Source: a virus
Lineage: Duplodnaviria > Heunggongvirae > Uroviricota > Caudoviricetes
DNA: 64,000 nucleotides
Direction: 5' to 3' (one strand)
Virus record (IMG/VR): IMGVR_UViG_3300046474_000237
Coordinates: 7,469 to 71,468 of that record
Every line of letters begins with the position of its first letter. The first letter of the stretch is position 1. Position numbers and translations under genes: made by a program. Below, in pieces: positions 35,337 to 43,563 of this stretch. The notes under the pieces are model-generated. The model was not told the DNA's origin. It searched no databases and worked only from the letters and a program-made list of their open reading frames with translations.

Positions 35337-35725
35337 TGAACGAACAAATCAAACAAAAGTGGGTTGAAGCTCTTACGAGTGGAGAATATAAACAAGGTCG
35401 TAACTGTCTCAATGATGGTTTCGGAGGGTTCTGTTGCCTAGGGGTGTTGTCGGATCTTTATGCAAAAGAACAGAATTTTAAATGGGGAGACGATGGCCGT
35501 GGGAACTTCTGTCTAGACGGAGAAATTTATACGACTCCAAAGACAGTCCAAGCATGGTCTGGACTTAAAGTAGACGTCCCGTATCTTCCGTTTGCTTCAC
35601 GTGATAACGTTCCATATGGAGATTCTACACATATCATGGAGGGAGACTCAACTAGCATTGCTGCTTTGAATGATGAAGGCATTTCTTTCCCCCAAATCGC
35701 AGATCTTATCAAGACATTTCTATAA
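35336..35725 (+). CDS. tandem paralogue family protein 2
   Basis: MNEQIKQKWVEALTSGEYKQ...FCCLGVLSDLY...FPQIADLIKTFL. Confidence 0.6.
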   Translation: MNEQIKQKWVEALTSGEYKQGRNCLNDGFGGFCCLGVLSDLYAKEQNFKWGDDGRGNFCLDGEIYTTPKTVQAWSGLKVDVPYLPFASRDNVPYGDSTHIMEGDSTSIAALNDEGISFPQIADLIKTFL

Positions 35726-36108
35726 TGGCGATGAACTCGGAAGTAAAAGAAAAGTGGGTAGCTGCTCTTAAGAGTGGCGAGTACAAACAAACTCAATACG
35801 CTCTTCACGACAATGAAGGATTTTGTTGTCTAGGCGTTCTGTGTGACCTGTACTCGAAAGAGTTTTCGGAAGTAACATGGGAGTTTGACGACAAACTTAA
35901 AATGTACGTTTTTCAGCGTGAACGTACTGAGTTGCCAAGCTGTGTCTCGGTCTGGGCGGGAATCAATACTCTACACGGCAACGCAGCCGTCACTTTCCGA
36001 GACGAAGACTGTCAGAACGGAGAGCGTGCAACTAACCTGATGGACTTGAATGACGAGTGGTTAATGTCTTTCGACAAAATCGCTGACATAATCCAGGAAC
36101 AACTGTGA
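35725..36108 (+). CDS. tandem paralogue family protein 3
   Basis: EKWVAALKSGEYKQ...FCCLGVLCDLY...FDKIADIIQEQL. Confidence 0.6.
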   Translation: MAMNSEVKEKWVAALKSGEYKQTQYALHDNEGFCCLGVLCDLYSKEFSEVTWEFDDKLKMYVFQRERTELPSCVSVWAGINTLHGNAAVTFRDEDCQNGERATNLMDLNDEWLMSFDKIADIIQEQL

Positions 36109-36455
36109 ATGAGCGTGTAAAGAAACTGTGGGTTGAAGCACTTCGTAGCGGGGAGTATAAACAGACCCGTGGTAAACTTAAACACCAAACTGAAGACGGT
36201 GGATTAGAACATTGCTGTCTCGGGGTCTTGTGCGAAATTCACGACAAGGAAATGGGCTGCGAGCAATCGTTCAAGTCTATCGATGGATTTCCGCCTCCGC
36301 ACATTTTACAGTGGTCTGGATTCAACGCAGTAAATGCGAGATTTAAAGTTGAAAATACTGCGATAGGAACTGTGAGGGATAGCATTTCCTTTCTCAACGA
36401 CGCTCGTCTGTACACCTTCGCTCAAATAGCTGCTCTAATCGAGGCTCAAGCATGA
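36105..36455 (+). CDS. tandem paralogue family protein 4
   Basis: GTG start. KLWVEALRSGEYKQ...HCCLGVLCEIH...FAQIAALIEAQ. Confidence 0.55.
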   Translation: MNERVKKLWVEALRSGEYKQTRGKLKHQTEDGGLEHCCLGVLCEIHDKEMGCEQSFKSIDGFPPPHILQWSGFNAVNARFKVENTAIGTVRDSISFLNDARLYTFAQIAALIEAQA

Positions 36456-36808
36456 ATCAGGAAATTAAGGAAAAGTGGGTGAAGGCCCTTCGTAGCGGCG
36501 AGTACCCCCAAGGAACGCTTGCACTGAATGACTGTGGTAAATTTTGCTGTCTGGGTGTTCTTTGTGATATGTATTCCAAAGAGACCGGAGAGCCGTGGGT
36601 AGAGTCCGAGATAACGCAAGGTAAGAAACTCATTCACTCTGAGGAAGGGCTTCTACCTTATGAAGTAAGGTATTGGTCAGGTGCCAATACTTCGGATGGA
36701 CAACTCCCTTTTCTCGGTCGTCAAAAAGAAGAGCTTTGGCTGGCAAATCTTAACGATGGCGGAATGCCCTTCGGCCAAATCGCTGATCTTATCGAACACT
36801 GTCTGTAA
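36452..36808 (+). CDS. tandem paralogue family protein 5
   Basis: EKWVKALRSGEYPQ...FCCLGVLCDMY...FGQIADLIEHCL. Confidence 0.6.
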   Translation: MNQEIKEKWVKALRSGEYPQGTLALNDCGKFCCLGVLCDMYSKETGEPWVESEITQGKKLIHSEEGLLPYEVRYWSGANTSDGQLPFLGRQKEELWLANLNDGGMPFGQIADLIEHCL

Positions 36809-36825
36809 AACCTCAAGGAACTACA

Positions 36826-37197
36826 ATGAAAAAACGTATCAAAACCAAATGGCTCAAGGCTCTGCGTATCGGTGAGTATAACCAGACTACGGGTCAACTG
36901 AGGGATAGCACGGGGTTCTGTTGCCTCGGCGTTCTGTGTAATATCCACGCTCAAGAGAATCCTGAGATTGCTGCTAAAGAAACAGATCCTCACGAATATC
37001 TGCAGGCCTCAGGACAACTTCCTCCCGCAGTCGTTGCCTGGGCTGGCTTGGAGAAGGCCTCTGTAGAAGAAACTGCAGATGAAGAAACAGACATCAAGGT
37101 AACGTATCGCAACAAAGAAACGACTCTCGCAAGCCTTAACGACGGTGAAGGTCTGAGCTTCAAGAAGATCGCAAACGTGATCGAGCGTTGTCTGTAA
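36826..37197 (+). CDS. tandem paralogue family protein 6
   Basis: TKWLKALRIGEYNQ...FCCLGVLCNIH...FKKIANVIERCL. Confidence 0.6.
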   Translation: MKKRIKTKWLKALRIGEYNQTTGQLRDSTGFCCLGVLCNIHAQENPEIAAKETDPHEYLQASGQLPPAVVAWAGLEKASVEETADEETDIKVTYRNKETTLASLNDGEGLSFKKIANVIERCL

Positions 37198-37223
37198 GAC
37201 TTAATCAATTTCGGCGTTACGAA

Positions 37224-37233
37224 TTGGTATAAG
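37224..37233 (+). promoter_or_regulatory. phage promoter motif TTGGTATAAG
   Basis: Followed by box tttattaggaagc and a leader hairpin ccccgta/tacgggg. Confidence 0.5.
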
Positions 37234-37358
37234 TTTATTAGGAAGCATTGTATTCATTCTATGATGTTTCTTTTTCCCCGTACTAACCTACGGGGTCCTT
37301 CAACGCTTAAGCTTTGTCTTAGGCTGCAGAACTTAAACGTTGTAGATAAGGAGAAATA

Positions 37359-38330
37359 ATGCCGTGCGGTGATTGCAAAAAATTCAAAGGGCCTGGTATC
37401 GAGTGTGGTGGAAAGTATCTTGACCATCATCAGTTCACCCCAGTAAGCGCAAAGGTCGGACCTTGCATTAACGACTTTGAACCGAAGAAGACGGTAGCGG
37501 TAGTTCTTCCTACCTCCACTGGTTTGGGTCAGGTGCTGAAAGACGTCCTGGACAGCAAGGAAGCCAAGAAGCAGAGTTGCGCTAGTTGCGACAAGCTCTC
37601 TGATGTAGTCTGCACTGCCGTTAAGCATACCCGTATCGAGATACGCAAGCCGGAAGAAATGGGTGGCGGTTGCAATCTCTACGTCAAGAAGAAAGACCGG
37701 TGGGAGCAAGTTAAGCGTCTCCCTGTCCAAGATTTGGTTCCGCATCAGGACTATACGGCAATCGTGTCTAAGGTCGGTACGGGATTCAAGTATCTAGACG
37801 GCACTCCTATCACAGATCCGGCCAAAATTGGGTATCTGCGGAAACATTATCCGCAGCCTCCCATTGGCATGTTCAACGAACCTGAAGTACCTACAACCAA
37901 AAAGGAAGAAACGACCATGAGCAACGCAATCATCCGTCTGGCAGATTCGCAATTCACCAAGGAAGTCGCGGACTTCGGCGGCCTGAACATCGACCTGCGT
38001 GAAGCACTGCAAGACATGCAAGCAACGCAGAAGAAGGAAGCAGCAATCGCAGCGGCGAAGGAAGTGATGGGCGTTCTTAACGCGGCTGAAACCGTCATCG
38101 AAGACAACGTCGGCAATATTCGTTCGGCCCGTAGCATAGTCGAAAATTCAAAGGCTCGTATTGCTTCGATCAACCGTGCTAAGGCGTACGGTCTCGAAAC
38201 GAACAACTTCGTTCCGCTGGGCATTCTGATCGGCTCGATCTACGAACACCATGTCGAGAACAAGGAGCTGACGAAGGTTCCGTCGGACTGGGCTCCGAAG
38301 GTGAGCGCGGCTGCTACGAAGTCGGAGTAA
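37359..38330 (+). CDS. hypothetical protein (Cys-rich N-terminus, coiled-coil C-terminus)
   Basis: RBS aaggag. 323 aa. GC-rich. Confidence 0.55.
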   Translation: MPCGDCKKFKGPGIECGGKYLDHHQFTPVSAKVGPCINDFEPKKTVAVVLPTSTGLGQVLKDVLDSKEAKKQSCASCDKLSDVVCTAVKHTRIEIRKPEEMGGGCNLYVKKKDRWEQVKRLPVQDLVPHQDYTAIVSKVGTGFKYLDGTPITDPAKIGYLRKHYPQPPIGMFNEPEVPTTKKEETTMSNAIIRLADSQFTKEVADFGGLNIDLREALQDMQATQKKEAAIAAAKEVMGVLNAAETVIEDNVGNIRSARSIVENSKARIASINRAKAYGLETNNFVPLGILIGSIYEHHVENKELTKVPSDWAPKVSAAATKSE

Positions 38331-38772
38331 GCGTAGACAGTGGGTACGACCAGTAAAGTCTGGTCAGGAGCGCTGTGAACAGAGCCTCTTGCTACGCCCA
38401 GTATTAGTCAGCTAGGTAGTACCCTGTGAAACTCAGGGTCGGGGAGCTTCGGCTCCTCGCTACGCTCAATGACTCGTGGGTGGCTTCCCGTTGAAAAAGC
38501 TGTATCTCCTGGGGAACTGGGGGGTGCGTTAGCTGTCATTTATCGTTGTACTTACACTGCTTGGGAACGACGCCCTTCTTAACTACAACTATTCAGTTAA
38601 GAATTATATAGTCGGCATCTACTGCCAGGACTTGCTCCGAAATGTGAAACCTTATCCTAAGCCTACTTGATAGCACGGTTAAGGTGCAGTAAACTGAAGG
38701 CGCTGGGCCAGACCTAACGGGTGGCTCAGCTCTTCTTTCTCTTGAAAAATTCTTTAGTGCGTGTATAATTAC

Positions 38773-38846
38773 ACGTTACTCAATGGGGTTGAAGCTTTAA
38801 GGTGAAGCAACGGACTTTTAATCCGTAGAAGAAGGGTCACTACCTT
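38773..38846 (+). tRNA. tRNA-Lys (anticodon TTT), non-canonical T-loop
   Basis: Acceptor ggggttg/cagccct. D-stem gctt/aagc. Anticodon stem-loop acgga-cttttaa-tccgt. T-arm gaagg-gtcacta-ccttc. CCA encoded. Confidence 0.5.
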
Positions 38847-38852
38847 CCAGCC

Positions 38853-38927
38853 CTACCAATCAACAGGTCGGTGGTATAACGGTATTATGCGGGACTCCAA
38901 ATCCTTGCGACGGGCGTTCGAATCGCT
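38853..38927 (+). tRNA. tRNA-Trp (anticodon CCA)
   Basis: Acceptor aggtcgg/ccgactt. Anticodon loop ctccaaa. T-arm gggcg-ttcgaat-cgctc. CCA encoded. Confidence 0.65.
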
Positions 38928-38961
38928 CCCGACTTGCCAACTAACAAACATGGAGTAAACC

Positions 38962-39360
38962 ATGATGCATTCCCATCAACGTTCCGTAACAGTGGATCGT
39001 CTAAAGCTCATCGAACAACTGAAGGTAAACCTGGCTAAGCACAAGATCGACTATGCTGAAGCAGTGATCGGATATCGTATGAAACTGATGGACGATCTGG
39101 CTCTGAAGCTCGGTGAAGTACAAGCCTGCTCCGCAGCAGAAGCTCTTAAAGTCAGGGCTGTACAGTTCATAGCTCCTGTTAGCTACGAAAAAGACTACGT
39201 CGATGCAATCGCAATGCTCGAATGGTCTGTCAGCGACACTATCGAACTGGATCAAACGTTGTTCAAACAATACGTCCAGAACGAATGGGGCTGGAGCCAA
39301 AACTTCGAAGTAGCCAGCTCGATGTATAAGACATTCGCCGCCGGTCAACTCGCTAAGTAA
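38962..39360 (+). CDS. hypothetical protein
   Basis: RBS ggag. 132 aa. Confidence 0.5.
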   Translation: MMHSHQRSVTVDRLKLIEQLKVNLAKHKIDYAEAVIGYRMKLMDDLALKLGEVQACSAAEALKVRAVQFIAPVSYEKDYVDAIAMLEWSVSDTIELDQTLFKQYVQNEWGWSQNFEVASSMYKTFAAGQLAK

Positions 39361-39365
39361 ACAGA

Positions 39366-39457
39366 GGGCGTGCGAATCGTAGTGGGCCGAACCCACGTAA
39401 TGCGGTAGGGGCTGAATCGAGTCCCCCTTGCGAGTGAGAGCCTCGTCACGTCCACCA
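39366..39457 (+). ncRNA. tRNA-like structured element with encoded ACCA end (low confidence)
   Basis: gggcgtg at the 5' end pairs with cacgtcc immediately before ACCA. Internal hairpins gtggg-ccgaa-cccac and agggg...cccct. No canonical anticodon arm found. Confidence 0.25.
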
Positions 39458-39520
39458 ACAGAAAGGTCTAGCACAACGTAGTAGATTGATTGAGATATTC
39501 GTCTGAGTTATAATAGATGA

Positions 39521-40051
39521 ATGGATAAATTAATACTACAACAATACATTATTGAAGGAATGTCTATAGCGGATATTTCAGCTGCGGTCGGTAAAAGCAA
39601 AGGTTCAGTAAGACATCATCTGTCAAAACACGGTTTAAAAACAAAAGTAAGTATTTCACATGTAGTGGAAGGTGGAAGGTACTGTAGCGAGTGTGATTCT
39701 GTAAAATTAGAATCAGATTTTTATACGGTAAAGTCTAACGGTAAGTTACGTACTATTTCAAGATGCAAGCTTTGTTTTAACAAGAGTTGTGCAGATAGAC
39801 AGAGAGATATTAAGAAACAATCAGTAGAGTATAAAGGTGGAAGCTGTCAAAAATGTGGATACTCTAAATCAATGTCTGCTTTAGAATTTCATCACTTGGA
39901 CCCTACTGAGAAAGATTTCAATGTAAGAGATTTCAAATCAAAGTCTTTTGAAAATCTGAAAATTGAATTAGATAAGTGTATTCTTCTATGCGCTAACTGC
40001 CACAGGGAAACACATGATGAGTTGAGAGATCTTAGAGCCACTGTAGGATAA
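39521..40051 (+). CDS. HNH endonuclease with N-terminal HTH
   Basis: CQKCGYSKSMSALEFHHLDPTEKDF...CANCHRETH. Its last 15 nt overlap the 5' end of tRNA-Arg. Confidence 0.7.
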   Translation: MDKLILQQYIIEGMSIADISAAVGKSKGSVRHHLSKHGLKTKVSISHVVEGGRYCSECDSVKLESDFYTVKSNGKLRTISRCKLCFNKSCADRQRDIKKQSVEYKGGSCQKCGYSKSMSALEFHHLDPTEKDFNVRDFKSKSFENLKIELDKCILLCANCHRETHDELRDLRATVG

Positions 40052-40110
40052 TGGATTAATCTCCGGAGCTTCTACCTCCGTTAATGCGAGTTCGACCCTC
40101 GCCGGTGGCT
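40037..40110 (+). tRNA. tRNA-Arg (anticodon TCT)
   Basis: gccactg-ta-ggat-aatggatta-atct-c-cggag-cttctac-ctccg-ttaat-gcgag-ttcgacc-ctcgc-cggtggc-t. Starts inside the final codons of the HNH gene. Confidence 0.6.
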
Positions 40111-40155
40111 CTAAGAGTTCTTACATACCTAGGCGTCATATTATGGAAAACAATC

Positions 40156-40284
40156 ATGAAACTCAAGAACAGATTTGTATTGATGGTAATGCTAATGACG
40201 ATGGCGAGTTGCGCTACGCAGCCCGCGCCCGCATTCTTCGTGAAGGATACCGTTTCTTATGGCCTCTCAACGACGAGCCTCTAA
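40156..40284 (+). CDS. small lipoprotein-like peptide
   Basis: MKLKNRFVLMVMLMTMASCATQ signal/lipobox. The longer six-frame ORF would run through the tRNA. Confidence 0.3.
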   Translation: MKLKNRFVLMVMLMTMASCATQPAPAFFVKDTVSYGLSTTSL

Positions 40285-40431
40285 GCCAAGACCCCCAAGG
40301 CATGAGCAGCTAAACGAAGGTCTTGTGTCAAAGGCTAAGACAGGCGGTGAACACAAAAACCGCAGAAACAAACGCACTACCAAGAAACAGTTTGAGAGAG
40401 AACTCTCCTCCGAACTGACTGGAGAATAACT

Positions 40432-40605
40432 ATGACAATAGCCGAACTTGAGAAGTTTATCCGTTGCTACCCTCCGCATTTTACGGTAATGGTGACTACG
40501 GATGGTGCCGATGCTAATGACGTTACGTTTAATAACGTTATGCAGACGGCGAATATGGAGCGTGGTACGGTATTTCTTCGCCTTCAAAAGGACAGCGAGG
40601 ACTAA
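40432..40605 (+). CDS. small hypothetical protein (57 aa)
   Basis: RBS ggagaa 8 nt upstream. Confidence 0.35.
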   Translation: MTIAELEKFIRCYPPHFTVMVTTDGADANDVTFNNVMQTANMERGTVFLRLQKDSED

Positions 40606-40606
40606 C

Positions 40607-40783
40607 GTGGCTAACCTTGCCTGCAGTGAATGTGGCTTGACAATGGTTGAAGCAGTGTTTTTGGCTAGTATCGATAAAGAAGCTCTAAAACGAATCCTGT
40701 TCAGGCTTAACGATGCCACGCAAGAAGTCAATGCTGGAGATCGTGCAACTCTCATTCGCATGCTTGAACCTTTAACTAAGTAG
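40607..40783 (+). CDS. small hypothetical protein
   Basis: GTG start one base after the upstream stop (the six-frame ORF extends to 40502). CSECG motif. Confidence 0.3.
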   Translation: MANLACSECGLTMVEAVFLASIDKEALKRILFRLNDATQEVNAGDRATLIRMLEPLTK

Positions 40784-40794
40784 CCGAGGTTAAC

Positions 40795-40962
40795 ATGTCT
40801 GCTCGTGACGCTGTGGAACTGAACGTAAAACCGGAAATTCTTCGCTACGAAGGTCGGTTCATGGAAAATCCTTGGGAAGTAATTCTCTACACCAATTACG
40901 AAGTTCTTCAGCGTAGTCCGGGCTGGGAAGTTCGTGTCATTTACAAACAGGAAGAAGTTTAG
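40795..40962 (+). CDS. small hypothetical protein (55 aa)
   Basis: RBS gaggtt. Confidence 0.35.
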   Translation: MSARDAVELNVKPEILRYEGRFMENPWEVILYTNYEVLQRSPGWEVRVIYKQEEV

Positions 40963-40964
40963 TA

Positions 40965-41216
40965 ATGTATATCGATCCTCCTAACAAAAAACCTTTTGTA
41001 GCAGCAGATTTGGAATTCAAAGAAAAAGAAACGCCTGCTCAAAAAGCATCACGTCTCGGAGTTCCTCTAGTTCCGAAAAGACCTGTCCACCAACCGCTCC
41101 ACAATCCTGTCATTGCTGTGTGTGGCGAGTGTGGACACGAGTTTCGTGGTGGGCTAGAATATCGCTCCTGTCCGCTGAGCAACTGCCCGACAGGAAGTCC
41201 CGTAACACTGAATTGA
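40965..41216 (+). CDS. zinc-ribbon protein
   Basis: CGECGHEF...CPLSNCP. Confidence 0.45.
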   Translation: MYIDPPNKKPFVAADLEFKEKETPAQKASRLGVPLVPKRPVHQPLHNPVIAVCGECGHEFRGGLEYRSCPLSNCPTGSPVTLN

Positions 41217-41250
41217 AGTAGTTCAAGTTTGATCGTGGTCCTCCTTTTCT

Positions 41251-41279
41251 GGCGCTTGATTTTGAGCGCCTTTTTTTTG
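41251..41279 (+). terminator. rho-independent terminator
   Basis: ggcgcttgattttgagcgcc followed by ttttttttt. Confidence 0.65.
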
Positions 41280-41296
41280 ATTACCCAATAGCGAAA

Positions 41297-41306
41297 TTGG
41301 TATAAG
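41297..41306 (+). promoter_or_regulatory. phage promoter motif TTGGTATAAG
   Basis: Conserved decamer 18 nt after the terminator. Confidence 0.55.
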
Positions 41307-41360
41307 AATAATGGTAATAATTCTTAGACTCAATACCACTGTTCCGCAAAGGGGAGCGTC

Positions 41361-41594
41361 ATGACTTGCCACGAAAAGAAGTACGATCAACTGACTGCTA
41401 AAAACGAAGCCGTGCGCTTAACGCGGAAAGCCCGGTTTCAAAAGCCAAAGACTGGGACGGCTCTTGGATATTACAAAGCGTACTTCTGCAAAGAATGCGA
41501 CGCTTGGCATATCAAGCAAGAAACCCCAAAACAAAAAACACGAACTGAAGATCAAACAAATTTATGTCCAAAATTATCATTCACACCTGCGTGA
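41361..41594 (+). CDS. hypothetical protein
   Basis: RBS ggggag. 77 aa. Confidence 0.45.
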   Translation: MTCHEKKYDQLTAKNEAVRLTRKARFQKPKTGTALGYYKAYFCKECDAWHIKQETPKQKTRTEDQTNLCPKLSFTPA

Positions 41595-42967
41595 ACGCAG
41601 AAGACAATGCAATGCTACAGGCGTTGTATTCCCGTAGCATTGACAGCGTGACCGACCATATTCAGAAGCTTGAAGAGGTCGGTTCAAGCAAATTCATGTC
41701 CCAGTACTACCTGGGATATGGTCATGCATCAATTGGAGACTGTGGAACTGAGACGATGTACTTCGAGGGTATCTCAATGCTTGCAGCAAAGGCTATTGAA
41801 GATAACCCTCTTTTCGTAGGCCAGGAATGTAGCTCACGCTATATCGATTTCAGCTATCAGGCTTTCTACGATCCGATGGAGAAGAACTCCGAAGATAGTG
41901 GGAAAGTTGGAAATCTGTACTCCGAGTACCGGAAATTCTACGTCGAAAGTCTTGAACCCTTGAAGGAAGACTTGCGTAAGCGTTTCCCAATCAAGGAAGG
42001 TGACAAGCCAAATGTGTATGAAAAGGCTATTGCTGCTCGTGCTTTTGATATCCTGCGTGGCTTTCTGCCTGCGGGTGCTACTACCAATGTGGCTTGGAGT
42101 GGACGACTTAGCAACGCTGGTGAGCATCTCATTTGGATGATGCACCATCCGCTTTGGGAAGTTAAACGCTTAGGCGCAGAGGGATATAGACAGATGCAGG
42201 CAAAGTATCCCAATTCGTTCCGTCTGGATTACGCAATCGTAGCTAATAGTGATATTCCTGAATCGTTCGAACACGAACTCAGAAATATTGAGGGTGACGA
42301 AGTGTTTGAGTTCAACTCTGACTTCAACAACTTCTACGCTCAGTACCAGGAAGTGTGCGGGTACGAAAAGATTGCTAAATACTACGAGATACAAACTCTT
42401 GTCGGAACTCTTGAAGACGAGGATTGTAGAAGCTTGCTTCCTGCATTCAAGGACCGTCCAAAACGAACTAAGCTTCACAAACATTCTTTGGTATCCCAGT
42501 CTACTGTTTGGATCGAGACTCGAATTGATTTCGGTTCATTCCGGGATATTCAACGTCACAGAAACGGCTATTGTGGAATGCCTTTGGTTACTGGAGAGTA
42601 CGGCCTCCATCCTTGGTACTATGAAAACCTGACGTCTGAACTACAAAAGAAGGCTGATGAACTCTTGGAGAAAGTCAAAGATACGTATGACAGGTTGGAT
42701 CTGTGTGAAACTGATAATGATTTCTTAGCATTCGGCCAGTACATCCTGCCGATGGGAAACATTGTTCAGGTAGCTATGAAATACACGATTCAGCAAGCCA
42801 TGTATGTAGCAGAGCTTCGTTCGGGTAAGACTGTTCATGCTACTGCTCGTCCTTTCGCTAAGACAATCGGGGCGTATTTGGAAAAGTATGGCATTCCCGT
42901 GTACTACGACAAAGACGTAGATGATTGGACTGTTCGCAGGGGGGAGCAGGACATTGTCAAGAAGTAA
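41564..42967 (+). CDS. thyX: flavin-dependent thymidylate synthase (ThyX), long form
   Basis: YGHASIGDCGTE, QECSSRYIDF and the RHR motif DIQRHRNGYCGMPL. Confidence 0.65.
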   Translation: MSKIIIHTCVNAEDNAMLQALYSRSIDSVTDHIQKLEEVGSSKFMSQYYLGYGHASIGDCGTETMYFEGISMLAAKAIEDNPLFVGQECSSRYIDFSYQAFYDPMEKNSEDSGKVGNLYSEYRKFYVESLEPLKEDLRKRFPIKEGDKPNVYEKAIAARAFDILRGFLPAGATTNVAWSGRLSNAGEHLIWMMHHPLWEVKRLGAEGYRQMQAKYPNSFRLDYAIVANSDIPESFEHELRNIEGDEVFEFNSDFNNFYAQYQEVCGYEKIAKYYEIQTLVGTLEDEDCRSLLPAFKDRPKRTKLHKHSLVSQSTVWIETRIDFGSFRDIQRHRNGYCGMPLVTGEYGLHPWYYENLTSELQKKADELLEKVKDTYDRLDLCETDNDFLAFGQYILPMGNIVQVAMKYTIQQAMYVAELRSGKTVHATARPFAKTIGAYLEKYGIPVYYDKDVDDWTVRRGEQDIVKK

Positions 42968-42974
42968 CTAAATT

Positions 42975-42984
42975 TTGGTATAAG
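42975..42984 (+). promoter_or_regulatory. phage promoter motif TTGGTATAAG
   Basis: Conserved decamer. Confidence 0.5.
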
Positions 42985-43039
42985 CAAAGTGTCAAGGCAA
43001 TTGCCCTTGGCACTTCTTTCTTTAGCTGAGGAGACTCAA

Positions 43040-43504
43040 ATGATCAAATCCGGTAACTACGTAATCATCCCCATCGGTGTTTCCTGCTTCGTTATCGAAG
43101 AAACCGAAAATGGTCTTAAGCATGTCGGAGACGATCCCGGCAAGTCTTTGGAAGAAACCCTCAACCACATCCGTACCGTAATGCACGGAATGGCTAAGCG
43201 TGAGCGTCGTAACAAAGATATCAACACCCGTAACTGGAAGCGTTTTCAGGCTACGAAAGAGTTCATGGGTAAAGAAGAACTCGCAATGACTGAAACAATG
43301 TGGGCAGACTTCGATCTAGAAAAAGAAAACGAAAACTGCGAACGGTTCGCGGCTGCTTTCGAAAAATCGTTCTTCGAAGTGACGGATCTGATGCTGGAAC
43401 ACAACGTCACTATTCGTGCTATGGATGAAGACAGCGAAGAACCCAAGGGCGTTAGCCTGGAGTCTGTCAAAAGCATGCTTGGCAATCTCGGCAAATTGCA
43501 GTAA
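43040..43504 (+). CDS. hypothetical protein
   Basis: RBS gaggag 7 nt before the ATG at 43040. The six-frame ORF starts at 42989. Confidence 0.5.
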   Translation: MIKSGNYVIIPIGVSCFVIEETENGLKHVGDDPGKSLEETLNHIRTVMHGMAKRERRNKDINTRNWKRFQATKEFMGKEELAMTETMWADFDLEKENENCERFAAAFEKSFFEVTDLMLEHNVTIRAMDEDSEEPKGVSLESVKSMLGNLGKLQ

Positions 43505-43516
43505 AATTGCTTTATC

Positions 43517-43546
43517 AGCGGTAGCAAAGAGTTACCGCTTCTTTTA
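43517..43546 (+). terminator. rho-independent terminator
   Basis: agcggta...taccgct followed by tcttttaac. Confidence 0.5.
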
Positions 43547-43563
43547 ACTTTCGAGAGGCTCGA

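Noticed and set aside
37847-38224. 125-aa minus-strand ORF
   Set aside because: Antisense to the + strand gene 37359-38330 in a GC-rich segment. It has an Ala/Ser/Arg-rich artefactual translation.
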